Made by a program: the position numbers and the translations under genes. Under the pieces are notes generated by a model. It saw only the letters and a list, made by a program, of their open reading frames with translations, was not told the DNA's origin and ran no database searches. From Nitrospirota bacterium (GTDB lineage: Bacteria; Nitrospirota; Nitrospiria; Nitrospirales; Nitrospiraceae), in assembly GCA_013388555.1 (NCBI GenBank), contig JACAFD010000056.1, forward strand, positions 8,331-72,330: a stretch of DNA of 64,000 bases. The letters are read 5' to 3'. Below are positions 45,362-54,344 of this stretch, piece after piece. Every line of letters begins with the position of its first letter. The first letter of the stretch is position 1.

Positions 45362-46453
45362 ATGGGACTCTGTTGTGGAATGATCGGGTTGCCGAACGTA
45401 GGGAAGACCACCGTCTTCAACGCGCTCACTGGCAGTGGCGCATTGGCTGCCAACTATCCCTTCGCGACCGTCGATCCCAATACCGGCATTGCGCTGGTGC
45501 CGGACCCGCGGCTCGGAGTCTTGACCGAACTCTTCAAGTCGAAGAAGACGACATACAGCACGCTTGAGGTTCGCGATATTGCCGGTTTGGTGGAAGGGGC
45601 GAGCAAGGGTGAGGGGCTCGGCAATCAGTTTCTCGGCCACATCCGAGAAGTCGATGCGCTGCTCCATGTCGTCCGCTGTTTTCAAGGAACGGATGTGGTG
45701 CATGTCAGCGGCGGCATCAACCCGCTCAGTGACATCGGTGTGATCGAGACCGAGCTCATGTTGGCCGACCTCGAGACACTCGATCGGCGAAAGCAAAAGA
45801 CCGAAAAGAAAGTCCGGGCAGGCGACAAGAAGGCCGCATTTGAGGTGGCGTTTATCGACAAACTGATCGGATTACTGGACAAGGGCGAATGGCTGGGCAA
45901 TCTGACATACACTCCTGAAGAACGCATCGTGCTCGATGAATGTCAATTGTTGGCAGCGAAGCCGGTTCTCTTTGTGGCGAATGTGTCGGAACAGGCTGGG
46001 GCCGACGAGGCAATGGTCAAGTCGGTCCGTGAGTTTGCTGACAGACGGGGCGCACGGGTGGTGACGATCTGCGGCCAACTCGAAGCGGAGCTTTCCACTC
46101 TTCCTGAGAGTGAGCGGATAGACTTTCTCAAGGGAATGGGGCTCACGGAATCGGGCCTTGTCCGGTTGACCCGTGAAGCCTACACGTTGCTGAACATCAT
46201 TACCTTCTTCACTGCCGGCGAAATCGAATCGCGTGCCTGGCCGATTCCGAAAGGCATGAAGGCTCCCCAGGCGGCGGGCAAGATCCACTCCGACATGGAG
46301 CGTGGATTCATTCGTGCCGAGATCTATCACTATGACGATCTTTTGGCCTGCGGGTCGGAGGCGAAGGTGAAGGAGAAGGGGTTGTTCCGCCTCGAAGGCA
46401 AAGATTACATCATCAAAGAAGCCGACATTGTGTATTTCCGCTTCAACGTCTAG
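45362..46453 (+). CDS. ychF: Ribosome-binding ATPase YchF
   Basis: 363 aa. Contains GLPNVGKTTVFNALT and a C-terminal TGS-like domain ending DIVYFRFNV. Confidence 0.95.
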   Translation: MGLCCGMIGLPNVGKTTVFNALTGSGALAANYPFATVDPNTGIALVPDPRLGVLTELFKSKKTTYSTLEVRDIAGLVEGASKGEGLGNQFLGHIREVDALLHVVRCFQGTDVVHVSGGINPLSDIGVIETELMLADLETLDRRKQKTEKKVRAGDKKAAFEVAFIDKLIGLLDKGEWLGNLTYTPEERIVLDECQLLAAKPVLFVANVSEQAGADEAMVKSVREFADRRGARVVTICGQLEAELSTLPESERIDFLKGMGLTESGLVRLTREAYTLLNIITFFTAGEIESRAWPIPKGMKAPQAAGKIHSDMERGFIRAEIYHYDDLLACGSEAKVKEKGLFRLEGKDYIIKEADIVYFRFNV

Positions 46454-46503
46454 TTTCCGTTTATTCTCTTATTACCTCTTGTATCCGTCACCGCCTAGAG
46501 TCA

Positions 46504-46678
46504 GGGTGTGCTAAGGCCCTTCGCTCCCGTGCCTCCCGAAGCGACCCAGCGGACCCTGCCGGGCGGAAACCTTCGGAAATTCCTTCACGGACTCAGTCAG
46601 TTCCCGCTTTCCTCCCCGGCAGAGTCTCGCTGGGTCCCCGCTTCTCCTGCAACGTCCGCTCTGAGCCTTAGCACACCC
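46504..46678. repeat. 175-nt long imperfect hairpin element (family D, single copy in the window)
   Basis: The termini gggtgtgctaaggc and gccttagcacaccc are perfect inverted repeats. Internal pairings are gacccagcg / cgctgggtc and ctgccggg / ccccggcag. Confidence 0.55.
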
Positions 46679-46695
46679 AATTGCGCACTCACCGT

Positions 46696-46810
46696 AATCT
46701 CCTTTGCTCGAGCAACGCGCGGTCGCGGACTCCCCTCGCTCGGGCTAATGGCACGTCATGGCGTGCCAGTGGGTGGGCGGGTGAGAAAGTTGCGCGCAGT
46801 GGAAGATCAA
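46696..46810 (+). repeat. 115-nt REP-like element, long form (family B), copy 2
   Basis: Gap-free alignment to 11265-11379, with about 14 mismatches by hand. It directly abuts element D. Confidence 0.75.
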
Positions 46811-47026
46811 TCATCCCCCATCCCTGAAGAGATAACAAGCGAGCTTGGAAGGAGAAAGAAAGGCACCTCGCCGCTTCCTCCACCATCTGCTTCAGAGCGC
46901 CGTGGATGGGGTGTCGCGGGAGGTGAGGGAGCGAAGAACCTCAGGCCGCCGGCGTCCCGCTCCGAAGGCAAGGGAGCGGTTGAGCCCAGGCCGGCCGGCC
47001 GGCGTGACAGTTATCTCCTGGCTGTT

Positions 47027-47554
47027 TCATTGGGGAAGCCAAAGGGTTTTCTTATCGGCATTCACTTCTGCTTTAAACTGACGGATCGTGGACAGTTTAA
47101 ATGGCCATAAGAACGGAGAATAAGACACCGCAATGGTGACAGTTCCGCTTTCCAGGGGAGCCTTAATATCGAACCCTCTATGACAAGGTGCAGTAGTCTT
47201 CCTGTGCGGAGCCATAATGGGAAGTGTTTCTTCAGAACCATCAGTCTGGTTGTCGAATGTCCCCCCTCCTTCAAATTTCCCTTCCTCTCTGCACACAACG
47301 GTCACTCCAAACAATGGCACGAACATATTGTTACTTACGATGAAGGGGTAAGAGAATGGATTATTGGGATCTTGTGGGGTGCCAATATCTATAGTCAGGA
47401 CGGGGGCAAATGCCATAAGACCGGAGAGAGCAGCGCATATGAGTATGGTGACGGATATCCACTTCACGGCTCGCTTAAGAGATGAAGGAGGTTGGTTTAT
47501 GGTGATGGGAGGGGTGGACTCGCCCGCTGGTGTCTTTTTTTTCTTTTTTGACAT
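47027..47554 (-). CDS. Hypothetical single-pass membrane protein (orphan in an AT-richer patch)
   Basis: 175 aa. N-terminus is MSKKKKKTPAGE, followed by a TM helix (WISVTILICAALSGLMAFAPVL) and a soluble C-domain with no motif I recognise. The local sequence is visibly more AT-rich than its neighbours. Confidence 0.5.
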   Translation of the reverse strand: MSKKKKKTPAGESTPPITINQPPSSLKRAVKWISVTILICAALSGLMAFAPVLTIDIGTPQDPNNPFSYPFIVSNNMFVPLFGVTVVCREEGKFEGGGTFDNQTDGSEETLPIMAPHRKTTAPCHRGFDIKAPLESGTVTIAVSYSPFLWPFKLSTIRQFKAEVNADKKTLWLPQ

Positions 47555-47925
47555 GCTGGGGTATTGGATTATTACAGAGCGGCCTTCGGTCAGAGGTTAC
47601 GCTGTGGAAAGTATAGCCCAGGTCCCGTTCATTTTTCTCCAATTAATCGACAGCGTCATAATAGTTCTCAAAGTGGATGTCAGACATGCAGCCTCAATAT
47701 ATTGAAGCTGCCGCTACGACAGGCAGGGCATATCCTCCTCACGATTCTGAGACGTCCAGAATCTATGGGCTTCGGCAAGCTCTGTCCCGTACGGCCTGAG
47801 TCTCAATAAATTGACAGTTTCTCCGTGGCTGTGATACCGTCCACCCTTCTTTATGCCTCATATGGAGGCGCCTACACCTCGCTCCGGACAATTGATCCGG
47901 GGCCTTTGTCCAGGAGGATCGCTGC

Positions 47926-48273
47926 ATGGAGCTCTACGAGTCTCTGTTCATAATTCGTGCGTCTGTATCCGACCAAGAAACCACTGCCTTGATCGAGAAG
48001 ATGAAGGCGGTGGCAGAGAAGACCGGCGCGCAGTTCATCAAGTCAGAAAACTGGGGCAAGAAGAAACTCGCGTACGAGGTGAAGCGGGAGCGCAAGGGCA
48101 CCTACGTCTACTTCTATTTCAGAGCGCCCAATATCACGGTCGGTGAATTAGAGCGGTCCTATCGCTTGGAAGACTCCATTATCAAGTTCTTGACCGTCCA
48201 TCTCAAGAAAGAACTGGTGCCGCCACGGCCGCGTGAGGCGTTATCAGAGGAGTTTGCCGGTGGCAGGATTTAA
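47926..48273 (+). CDS. rpsF: 30S ribosomal protein S6
   Basis: 115 aa. MELYESLFIIRASV...WGKKKLAYEV is the S6 signature. AGGAGG lies upstream of the ATG. Confidence 0.95.
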   Translation: MELYESLFIIRASVSDQETTALIEKMKAVAEKTGAQFIKSENWGKKKLAYEVKRERKGTYVYFYFRAPNITVGELERSYRLEDSIIKFLTVHLKKELVPPRPREALSEEFAGGRI

Positions 48274-48658
48274 TAAAGTCATTCTCCTCGGGAACCTTAC
48301 GAGGAATCCTGAGCTGCGGTACACGCCGAATGGGACCCCTGTAGCCAGTTTGGGTCTCGCGGTCAGCAGACGATACAAACAGGGTGAAGAATTGAAAGAA
48401 GAAGTCTGTTTTGTCGATATTGTCGTGTTCGGCAAGCAGGCAGAACATTGTGGACAGTACCTGAGCAAGGGGAGTGGGATCATCGTCGATGGGCGCCTGC
48501 AGCAGCGCCGGTGGGAAACAGAGGACGGCCAGAAGCGCAGCAAGCACGAGGTGGTGGCTCAAACGGTGACATTTATGCCGAAACGTCATGACGGTGGTGT
48601 CGGGGCTGAGGCGCCGGCGCATGATGATGTCGGATATGAACCAGAAGAACACGTCTGA
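48260..48658 (+). CDS. ssb: Single-stranded DNA-binding protein
   Basis: From GTG 48260 the product is VAGFNKVILLGNLTRNPELRYTPNGTPVASLGLAV, the canonical SSB OB-fold start. The track start at 48233 is an in-frame alternative. It overlaps the rpsF end. Confidence 0.9.
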   Translation: MAGFNKVILLGNLTRNPELRYTPNGTPVASLGLAVSRRYKQGEELKEEVCFVDIVVFGKQAEHCGQYLSKGSGIIVDGRLQQRRWETEDGQKRSKHEVVAQTVTFMPKRHDGGVGAEAPAHDDVGYEPEEHV

Positions 48659-48667
48659 GCGAAGCCC

Positions 48668-48755
48668 AGTCTATCTGGTCCATTCGGTCTGTCTCGTTAT
48701 TGGTTGAGCGAAACTAACCAGATCAATCAGACAGACTAGATAGACCAGACAGACC
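48668..48755. repeat. Inverted arrays of 9-nt units (consensus rGTCTrTCT) between ssb and rpsR
   Basis: There are three direct 9-mers, agtctatct ggtccattc ggtctgtct (48668-48694). A 25-nt spacer with a tggtt/aacca mini-hairpin follows. Then come four contiguous 9-mers in inverted orientation (48720-48755), whose reverse complement reads ggtctgtct ggtctatct agtctgtct gattgatct. Confidence 0.6.
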
Positions 48756-48817
48756 ACACGAACAAAACAAGCTGGCGGACTTTTCTCACAGCCTGCTAGC
48801 ACATAGGGAGAGGGTTT

Positions 48818-49075
48818 ATGGAGCGTGAACAACAAGGCGGAGATCGAGACGGTGGCGGGCGCTTTTTCCAACGTCGCCGGCCGTGTCGATTTTGTATCGA
48901 CCAGGGATCAATCGATTTCAAAGATGTCGGGCTGCTGAGGAATTTTCTCACTGAGCGGGGTCGGATAGTCCCAAGGCGCATTTCCGGCAATTGTATGAGG
49001 CACCAGCGCGAGCTGACCGCTGCCGTCAAACGGGCTCGGCACATCGCTCTCATCAGTTTTGCGGAAGAGCGATAA
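48818..49075 (+). CDS. rpsR: 30S ribosomal protein S18
   Basis: 85 aa. [56 protein letters not shown] is the S18 signature. Confidence 0.95.
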   Translation: MEREQQGGDRDGGGRFFQRRRPCRFCIDQGSIDFKDVGLLRNFLTERGRIVPRRISGNCMRHQRELTAAVKRARHIALISFAEER

Positions 49076-49090
49076 CCGGTCACGTAGGGG

Positions 49091-49705
49091 ATGGGAATGC
49101 AGGTAGGTGCCGTGATGGAACTCCTCAGGCCGCTGCTGGCTGACATAACTGTCGATGGGCTTTCGCTGGTCGGCGAGGCGACGGCTGAAGATCTCGGCCT
49201 CACCGAGGATGAGGCCGTAGTCCTGGGTCCGCTGGCCGTGAGTCTTGAGCTGACCAATGTTGAAGGGCTTGTCGCTGTGACCGGTGTGTTGGAGGGTACG
49301 GTTGTCCGTGAATGTGTGCGCTGCCTCAAGGAGTATGAGGATCCGTTGGCTTTCTCTGTACGGGCGGCCTTTGTCCCGGAACCTAAGTCAGTACCGCGTC
49401 ATCCGAAGCGAGTCGATTCCCGAACAACGAATACAAAGCTTGTAGAGGCCGAACAAGTAGAGGAGCCGGACGATCAGTATCAATATCAAGGCAATCAGCT
49501 GGAACTGGCTCCTATGTTGCGTGAACACATAATCCTGTCCGCGCCGATGCGGCCTCTCTGCAGCGACGACTGTTTGGGGCTCTGTCCGCGGTGTAAGAAG
49601 AATCTGAATGAAGGCCCCTGTCAGTGTTCCGAAGAACCGCCGATTCCGACAGTTCGAGTCATCCAGGTCACGAACCGCAAGGCCGGAGGATCGTCAGCGT
49701 CCTAG
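49091..49705 (+). CDS. yceD: YceD (DUF177) family protein
   Basis: 204-aa ORF. The paired C-x2-C motifs (CVRCLKEY ... CSDDCLGLCPRCKKNLNEGPCQC) and the position directly upstream of rpmF are typical of YceD. Confidence 0.85.
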   Translation: MGMQVGAVMELLRPLLADITVDGLSLVGEATAEDLGLTEDEAVVLGPLAVSLELTNVEGLVAVTGVLEGTVVRECVRCLKEYEDPLAFSVRAAFVPEPKSVPRHPKRVDSRTTNTKLVEAEQVEEPDDQYQYQGNQLELAPMLREHIILSAPMRPLCSDDCLGLCPRCKKNLNEGPCQCSEEPPIPTVRVIQVTNRKAGGSSAS

Positions 49706-49742
49706 CGTGACCGCCGGCCATTGAAAGTGAGAAAGAGTCGCC

Positions 49743-49928
49743 ATGCCAAATCCGAAACATAAACATTCACGGGAACGACGCGACAAGCGGCGCACACAAA
49801 AACTGCGTATCACACCGCCGGGCATGTCCGTCTGTCCGCAGTGCCACGAGCTTAAGCTGCCGCATTATACTTGTTTGAATTGTGGAACGTATAAGGGCAA
49901 AGCGGTGATCCAGGTCGAAGAGTCCTAG
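49743..49928 (+). CDS. rpmF: 50S ribosomal protein L32
   Basis: 61 aa. Starts MPNPKHKHSRERRDKRR and has a zinc ribbon CPQCHE...CLNCG. Confidence 0.95.
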   Translation: MPNPKHKHSRERRDKRRTQKLRITPPGMSVCPQCHELKLPHYTCLNCGTYKGKAVIQVEES

Positions 49929-49932
49929 CTCG

Positions 49933-50156
49933 CAGGCTGCTGAAAAAGTCCGCCAGCAGGGGAGGGATGGCTCGGTGAGTCCCCTGTGCTCGCGCAACGC
50001 GCGGTCTCAGAAGACCCTCGTTGGACGCGCGCAATGGGGGACTCATCCAAGCCATCTCTTAGAAGTGATCGTTTGCTGCGGCCTTGCTTGGGGCAAGGCG
50101 CGTTTCGGTGCGCCAGGGCTGGGCGGGTGAGAAGTCTGGCCTTTTTGAGCATCCTG
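49933..50156. repeat. Composite nested repeat: family-A terminal arms enclosing a core-type unit and family-B inner modules
   Basis: The outer arms caggctgctgaaaaagtccgcc (49933-) and ggcctttttgagcatcctg (-50156) match the ends of 63204-63328. Inside, 49965-50057 is a core unit (tgctcgcgcaacgcgcgg...ttggacgcgcgcaatg) with arms gatggctcggtgagtcccc / ggggactcatccaagccatc. Segment 50098-50135 (ggcgcgtttcggtgcgccagggctgggcgggtgagaag) matches the inner module of family B. Confidence 0.7.
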
Positions 50157-50353
50157 CTAGATAGCTTCGTAATGGGCTCCTTTGGCCATACTTGCAGGTT
50201 TCATGGCCCGAGGGAGCACAACGGGATTGTGCTTGTTTGCCTGTTGCGTCGAGCAACTTACTGCTCTACACTCCAGCCGCATGTCGCGTGGTGACGTGCT
50301 ACTCTTCTTGTGTAATTACCGACACGTCATCTTTCACGAAACACTCAGTCGCT

Positions 50354-51379
50354 ATGAAGATTGCGCTTGATGCCATGGGCTCTGACCATGGACCGGCCCC
50401 GGCCATAGAAGGGGCTCTCCAGGCTGCCCGGGAATGTGATGTTGAGGTGCTATTGGTCGGTGATGAGACCATTCTCACCGCTGAATGTCGCCGCCTTGGT
50501 TGCACAGACTCTCGTTTGTCTATTCGGCATGCCTCGCAGGTCGTCGAAATGCACGAGTCGCCGGCTGCCGTAGCCCGCAAGAAGCGGGATTCCTCCATCT
50601 GGATTGCCACGGAATTGGTCAAGAGCGGTGAGGCGAGTGCCGTGGTCAGTCCTGGGAACACCGGCGCCAGTATGGTGGCGTCATTCTTTCTGCTTGGGCT
50701 GACAAAGGGTGTCGAGCGCCCGGCGATCGCGACAAGCTTGCCCACTCTGACCGGTACTGCGATTATGTTGGATGTGGGGGCGAATGTGGACTGTACAGCT
50801 CAGCACCTGACTCAATTCGCCATTATGGGGAATGAGTACGGCAAATACCTCTTTGGGAAGCCCAATCCCCGTGTCGGGCTGTTGAGTATTGGGGAGGAAG
50901 ACAGTAAAGGAAATGAGGTCACGAAGGAGGCATTCAAGCTCCTCAAAGCGAGTACACTCAACTTCATCGGCAATGTCGAGGGCCGTGATGTGTATAGTGG
51001 GGGTACCGATGTAGTGGTGTGCGATGGTTTTATCGGGAACGTCGCCCTGAAGATCTCCGAGGGGGTAGCTGATACGATCAAGAAGTTGTTGATCAAGGAG
51101 ATCTCCGGATCCTTCTTTGGTCGGTTAGCCTATCCCCTTATTGCCACGCCACTCCTAAACTTGAAGAAGAAAATCGATTATGCGGAGTTCGGAGGGGCGC
51201 CGCTTCTGGGCGTCAACGGCATCACCATGATCTGCCATGGTCGTTCATCCGCCAAGGCGATCAAAAATGCCATCCGCCGGGCGAAGGGGCTGGCCGAGCA
51301 TCGCGTCGATGAGTTGATTCGACGCGATATTGAAGAGAGCCTCTCGCAGGCCAAGCCCACCGAGGATGCATCGGCATGA
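50354..51379 (+). CDS. plsX: Phosphate acyltransferase PlsX
   Basis: MKIALDAMGSDHGPAP is the canonical PlsX start. GFIGNVALK is present. The longer track ORF from 50192 runs out of the composite repeat. Confidence 0.93.
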   Translation: MKIALDAMGSDHGPAPAIEGALQAARECDVEVLLVGDETILTAECRRLGCTDSRLSIRHASQVVEMHESPAAVARKKRDSSIWIATELVKSGEASAVVSPGNTGASMVASFFLLGLTKGVERPAIATSLPTLTGTAIMLDVGANVDCTAQHLTQFAIMGNEYGKYLFGKPNPRVGLLSIGEEDSKGNEVTKEAFKLLKASTLNFIGNVEGRDVYSGGTDVVVCDGFIGNVALKISEGVADTIKKLLIKEISGSFFGRLAYPLIATPLLNLKKKIDYAEFGGAPLLGVNGITMICHGRSSAKAIKNAIRRAKGLAEHRVDELIRRDIEESLSQAKPTEDASA

Positions 51380-52350
51380 GAGCCCGCATTGCAGGGACCG
51401 GATCGTATGTGCCGGCTAAGGTGCTGACCAATGCCGATCTTGAACGGATGGTGGCCACATCGGACGAATGGATAGTCGAACGGACCGGGATCCGCGAGCG
51501 ACATGTGGCCGGTCCCGGTGAAGCCTGTTCTGATCTGGGGGTAAAGGCGGCGGAGCGGGCTCTGACGGCTGCGGGGGTGAGTGCGGCCGATCTTGATCTG
51601 ATTCTATTGGCCACCTGCACAGGTGATTATCCGCTTCCTGCCACCGCCTGTCTGATTCAACATCAGCTGGGAGCCACACGTGCGGCGGCCTGTGACTTGT
51701 CGGCTGCCTGTTGCGGGTTCGTCTATGCGTTATCGTTGGCGGATGCCTATGTGAGAACCGGCATGCGCCATGTATTGATTATCGGGTCGGAAGTGATGTC
51801 GGCAATTACCGACTGGACCGATCGCAATACCTGTATTTTGTTCGGCGATGGGGCTGGAGCAGCGGTCGTCAGTGCGAGTGAGAATGATCGGGGTATCCTT
51901 TCGACACATCTTCGTTCTGATGGTGCGCTCTGCGAATTGATTGCAGTGCCGGGGGGAGGATCGCGTTTGCCGCCTTCTGACAAGGTTGTGGCGGAACGGA
52001 TGCAATATATCAAGATGAGGGGGAACGAGACCTTTAAGGTGGCGGTTCGGACCTTGGAAGAAGTCGCGCGGGAAACCCTGGCTGCGAATCATCTCCGTGT
52101 CGAGGATCTCGACCTCTATGTGCCACACCAGGCGAATGTGCGTATTCTCAAGGCAGTGGCTGAGCGTCTGGGACTCCCGCCAGAAAAAGTGATGTTGAAT
52201 CTTGATCGATATGGCAACACGTCCGCAGCATCGATTCCCATTGCCTTGGATGAAGCCCTGCAGCAGGGGCTGATCAAAGAAGGAAGCTTGGTGATGTTAG
52301 GGGCCTTCGGCGCCGGACTGACCTGGGCATCTGCGCTCATCAGATGGTAG
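51376..52350 (+). CDS. fabH: 3-oxoacyl-ACP synthase III
   Basis: 324 aa. The active-site Cys context is AACCGFVYAL, and HQAN and GNTSAASIP are present. ATGA overlap with plsX. Confidence 0.95.
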   Translation: MRARIAGTGSYVPAKVLTNADLERMVATSDEWIVERTGIRERHVAGPGEACSDLGVKAAERALTAAGVSAADLDLILLATCTGDYPLPATACLIQHQLGATRAAACDLSAACCGFVYALSLADAYVRTGMRHVLIIGSEVMSAITDWTDRNTCILFGDGAGAAVVSASENDRGILSTHLRSDGALCELIAVPGGGSRLPPSDKVVAERMQYIKMRGNETFKVAVRTLEEVARETLAANHLRVEDLDLYVPHQANVRILKAVAERLGLPPEKVMLNLDRYGNTSAASIPIALDEALQQGLIKEGSLVMLGAFGAGLTWASALIRW

Positions 52351-52560
52351 GGGGAGAGCCGAACAGCGGCAGCGATCACCCCGGAATCAGGAGCCGAAAC
52401 TGATTGTTGATGGCTGATAGCTCCCCTTGAACTTTTCCCGTTGACATTCAAAGGGGATTCGACGATATCTAACGCCATGGGAGCGGCGCGATGTGCTGCT
52501 CCAATTTGATTCTTTAAATGGTAAGAGTAACCAGTAGCCTCGTGCAATCACTCCAGTAGT

Positions 52561-53520
52561 ATGGCGACTCTCCAATCAACAAGATCATCCGGTATTGGGC
52601 TGGTCTTTCCAGGACAGGGGTCTCAATCGGTCGGGATGGGAAAAGCGCTGTTTGCCGTCGATTCGAGCAGTAAGGGTCTCTATGAAGAGGCCTCCTCGGT
52701 GCTGGGATATGACATCGCCGCACTCTGTTTTGAGGGGCCTGCAGAACGGTTGAATCTCACGGAATATACCCAGCCTGCCTTGCTGGTGAGCAGTATGGCC
52801 GCGCTCCATGCCTTCAAGTCGTTGGGCATTTCGCCGGTTGCAGTGGCCGGTCACAGCCTTGGTGAATACTCGGCTCTTGTCGCAGCGGAGGGCATGACCT
52901 ATCGTGAGGCGGTGGGGATCGTGCAGAAGCGAGGCCGCTATATGGCCGAAGCGGTCCCGCCAGGAACAGGGCTTGTCGCTGCGCTGCTTGGTCTCGCAGC
53001 TGACGTGGTGAAAGAGGTCTGCCGGGAGGCCTCATCTGCTGGAGTCGTGGCTGCGGCGAACTTCAACTCGCCTGGCCAGATCGTCATTGCCGGGGAAAAG
53101 GTTGCGGTAGAACGGGCGATTGAACTGGCAAAGGCCAAAGGATGTAAGAAGGCGATCCCCCTCCCCGTCAGTGTGCCGGTACATACGCCCCTCATGCAGC
53201 AGGCAGCCGATCGACTCGCCGGAGATTTGGCAGCGATCAACTGGTCCGATCTCAAGATGCCTTTGGTGAATAATGCGGAAGCGAGAGCGATCACCAAAGC
53301 CGGTGATATCCGGGCGTCGTTGGTACGACAGCTTCCTTCCTCAGTGCTCTGGGAGGATACGGTGAAGGCCATGGCTGCTATGGGTGTGATGACGTTTGTC
53401 GAGGTCGGGCCGGGAACAGTGTTGAGCGGCTTGATCAAACGGATTCTTCCGGAAGCCGTGACACTGAATGTCAACGATCCGAAGTCGCTTGAGGCGACCC
53501 GCGCTGCGTTCAGCGCGTGA
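52561..53520 (+). CDS. fabD: Malonyl-CoA:ACP transacylase
   Basis: 319 aa. Contains FPGQGSQSVGMG and the active-site GHSLGEYSALV. Confidence 0.95.
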   Translation: MATLQSTRSSGIGLVFPGQGSQSVGMGKALFAVDSSSKGLYEEASSVLGYDIAALCFEGPAERLNLTEYTQPALLVSSMAALHAFKSLGISPVAVAGHSLGEYSALVAAEGMTYREAVGIVQKRGRYMAEAVPPGTGLVAALLGLAADVVKEVCREASSAGVVAAANFNSPGQIVIAGEKVAVERAIELAKAKGCKKAIPLPVSVPVHTPLMQQAADRLAGDLAAINWSDLKMPLVNNAEARAITKAGDIRASLVRQLPSSVLWEDTVKAMAAMGVMTFVEVGPGTVLSGLIKRILPEAVTLNVNDPKSLEATRAAFSA

Positions 53521-53539
53521 AGATGTGAGGAGCGAGCGG

Positions 53540-54283
53540 ATGTCACTGCAAGGCAGGGTTGCGATTGTTACGGGAGCGGCGCAGGGAATTGGGCGGGCGA
53601 TAGCGGAAGTGCTGGCTCAAGCCGGGGCCGATATTGTGGTGGCTGATCTCGACCCGAGCCGGTCAAAGGACACGGTTGCGGCGGTGGAGCAGTTGGGGCA
53701 TAGGGCATTGAACGTCAAAGTCAACGTGGCGGACGTCGCCGACACCAAAGCCATGGTCGATCACGTGCTCAAGGAATGGGGCAAGGTCGATATTTTGGTG
53801 AACAATGCCGGGATTACACGTGATGGGCTATTATTGCGGATGAAGGAGGAGGACTGGAACCTGGTGCTGCAAGTCAATTTGAACGGGACGTTCAATTGCA
53901 TCAAGGCGGTCTTGCTCTCGATGACCAAGCAGCGGTATGGTCGTATCGTCAATATTGCCTCGATCGTCGGGGTGATGGGTAACGTGGGACAGGCTAATTA
54001 CGCCGCATCGAAGGCGGCGGTGATTGGATTGACCAAGACGGTTGCACGTGAATATGCCAGCCGCTCGGTCACGGTGAATGCAGTCGCGCCCGGCTTTATC
54101 GACACGGCCATGACACAGGGATTATCGACAGAAGTGAAAGACACGCTCCAGAAGCAAATTCCCTTGGGGCGGCTGGGTACTCCGGCTGATATTGCGGCGG
54201 CGGTGCGTTTTCTCGTGTCGGACGAAGCGGCCTATATCACGGGGCATGTCTTGCATGTGAACGGGGGGATGTTGATGGTGTAA
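53540..54283 (+). CDS. fabG: 3-oxoacyl-ACP reductase
   Basis: MSLQGRVAIVTGAAQGIGRAIA is the TGxxxGIG motif. NNAGIT and YAASKAAVIG are the SDR catalytic motifs. GAGGAG lies 8 nt upstream of ATG 53540. Confidence 0.95.
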   Translation: MSLQGRVAIVTGAAQGIGRAIAEVLAQAGADIVVADLDPSRSKDTVAAVEQLGHRALNVKVNVADVADTKAMVDHVLKEWGKVDILVNNAGITRDGLLLRMKEEDWNLVLQVNLNGTFNCIKAVLLSMTKQRYGRIVNIASIVGVMGNVGQANYAASKAAVIGLTKTVAREYASRSVTVNAVAPGFIDTAMTQGLSTEVKDTLQKQIPLGRLGTPADIAAAVRFLVSDEAAYITGHVLHVNGGMLMV

Positions 54284-54344
54284 CGACTCTATGATCAGAA
54301 TATTGTATGATGCTGCGGGTTCGCAGTGACAAGGAGGATACAGG

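Noticed and set aside
46508-47110. 200-aa ORF downstream of ychF, and similar ORFs 11166..11429, 11242..11433 and 49986..50294
   Set aside because: Each is simply a translation of the hairpin repeat families, and the same peptide fragments reappear wherever the repeat does. None has a ribosome-binding site or a motif.
50192-50353. N-terminal extension of plsX offered by the ORF track
   Set aside because: The extension begins next to the composite repeat and is not PlsX-like. MKIALDAMGSDHGP at 50354 is the canonical start.
52351-52560. 210-nt gap between fabH and fabD, with TTGACA followed 17 nt later by GATATC
   Set aside because: The -10 candidate matches only 3 of 6 consensus positions, and I found no repeat or structure of note. 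The evidence is too weak to call an internal promoter.
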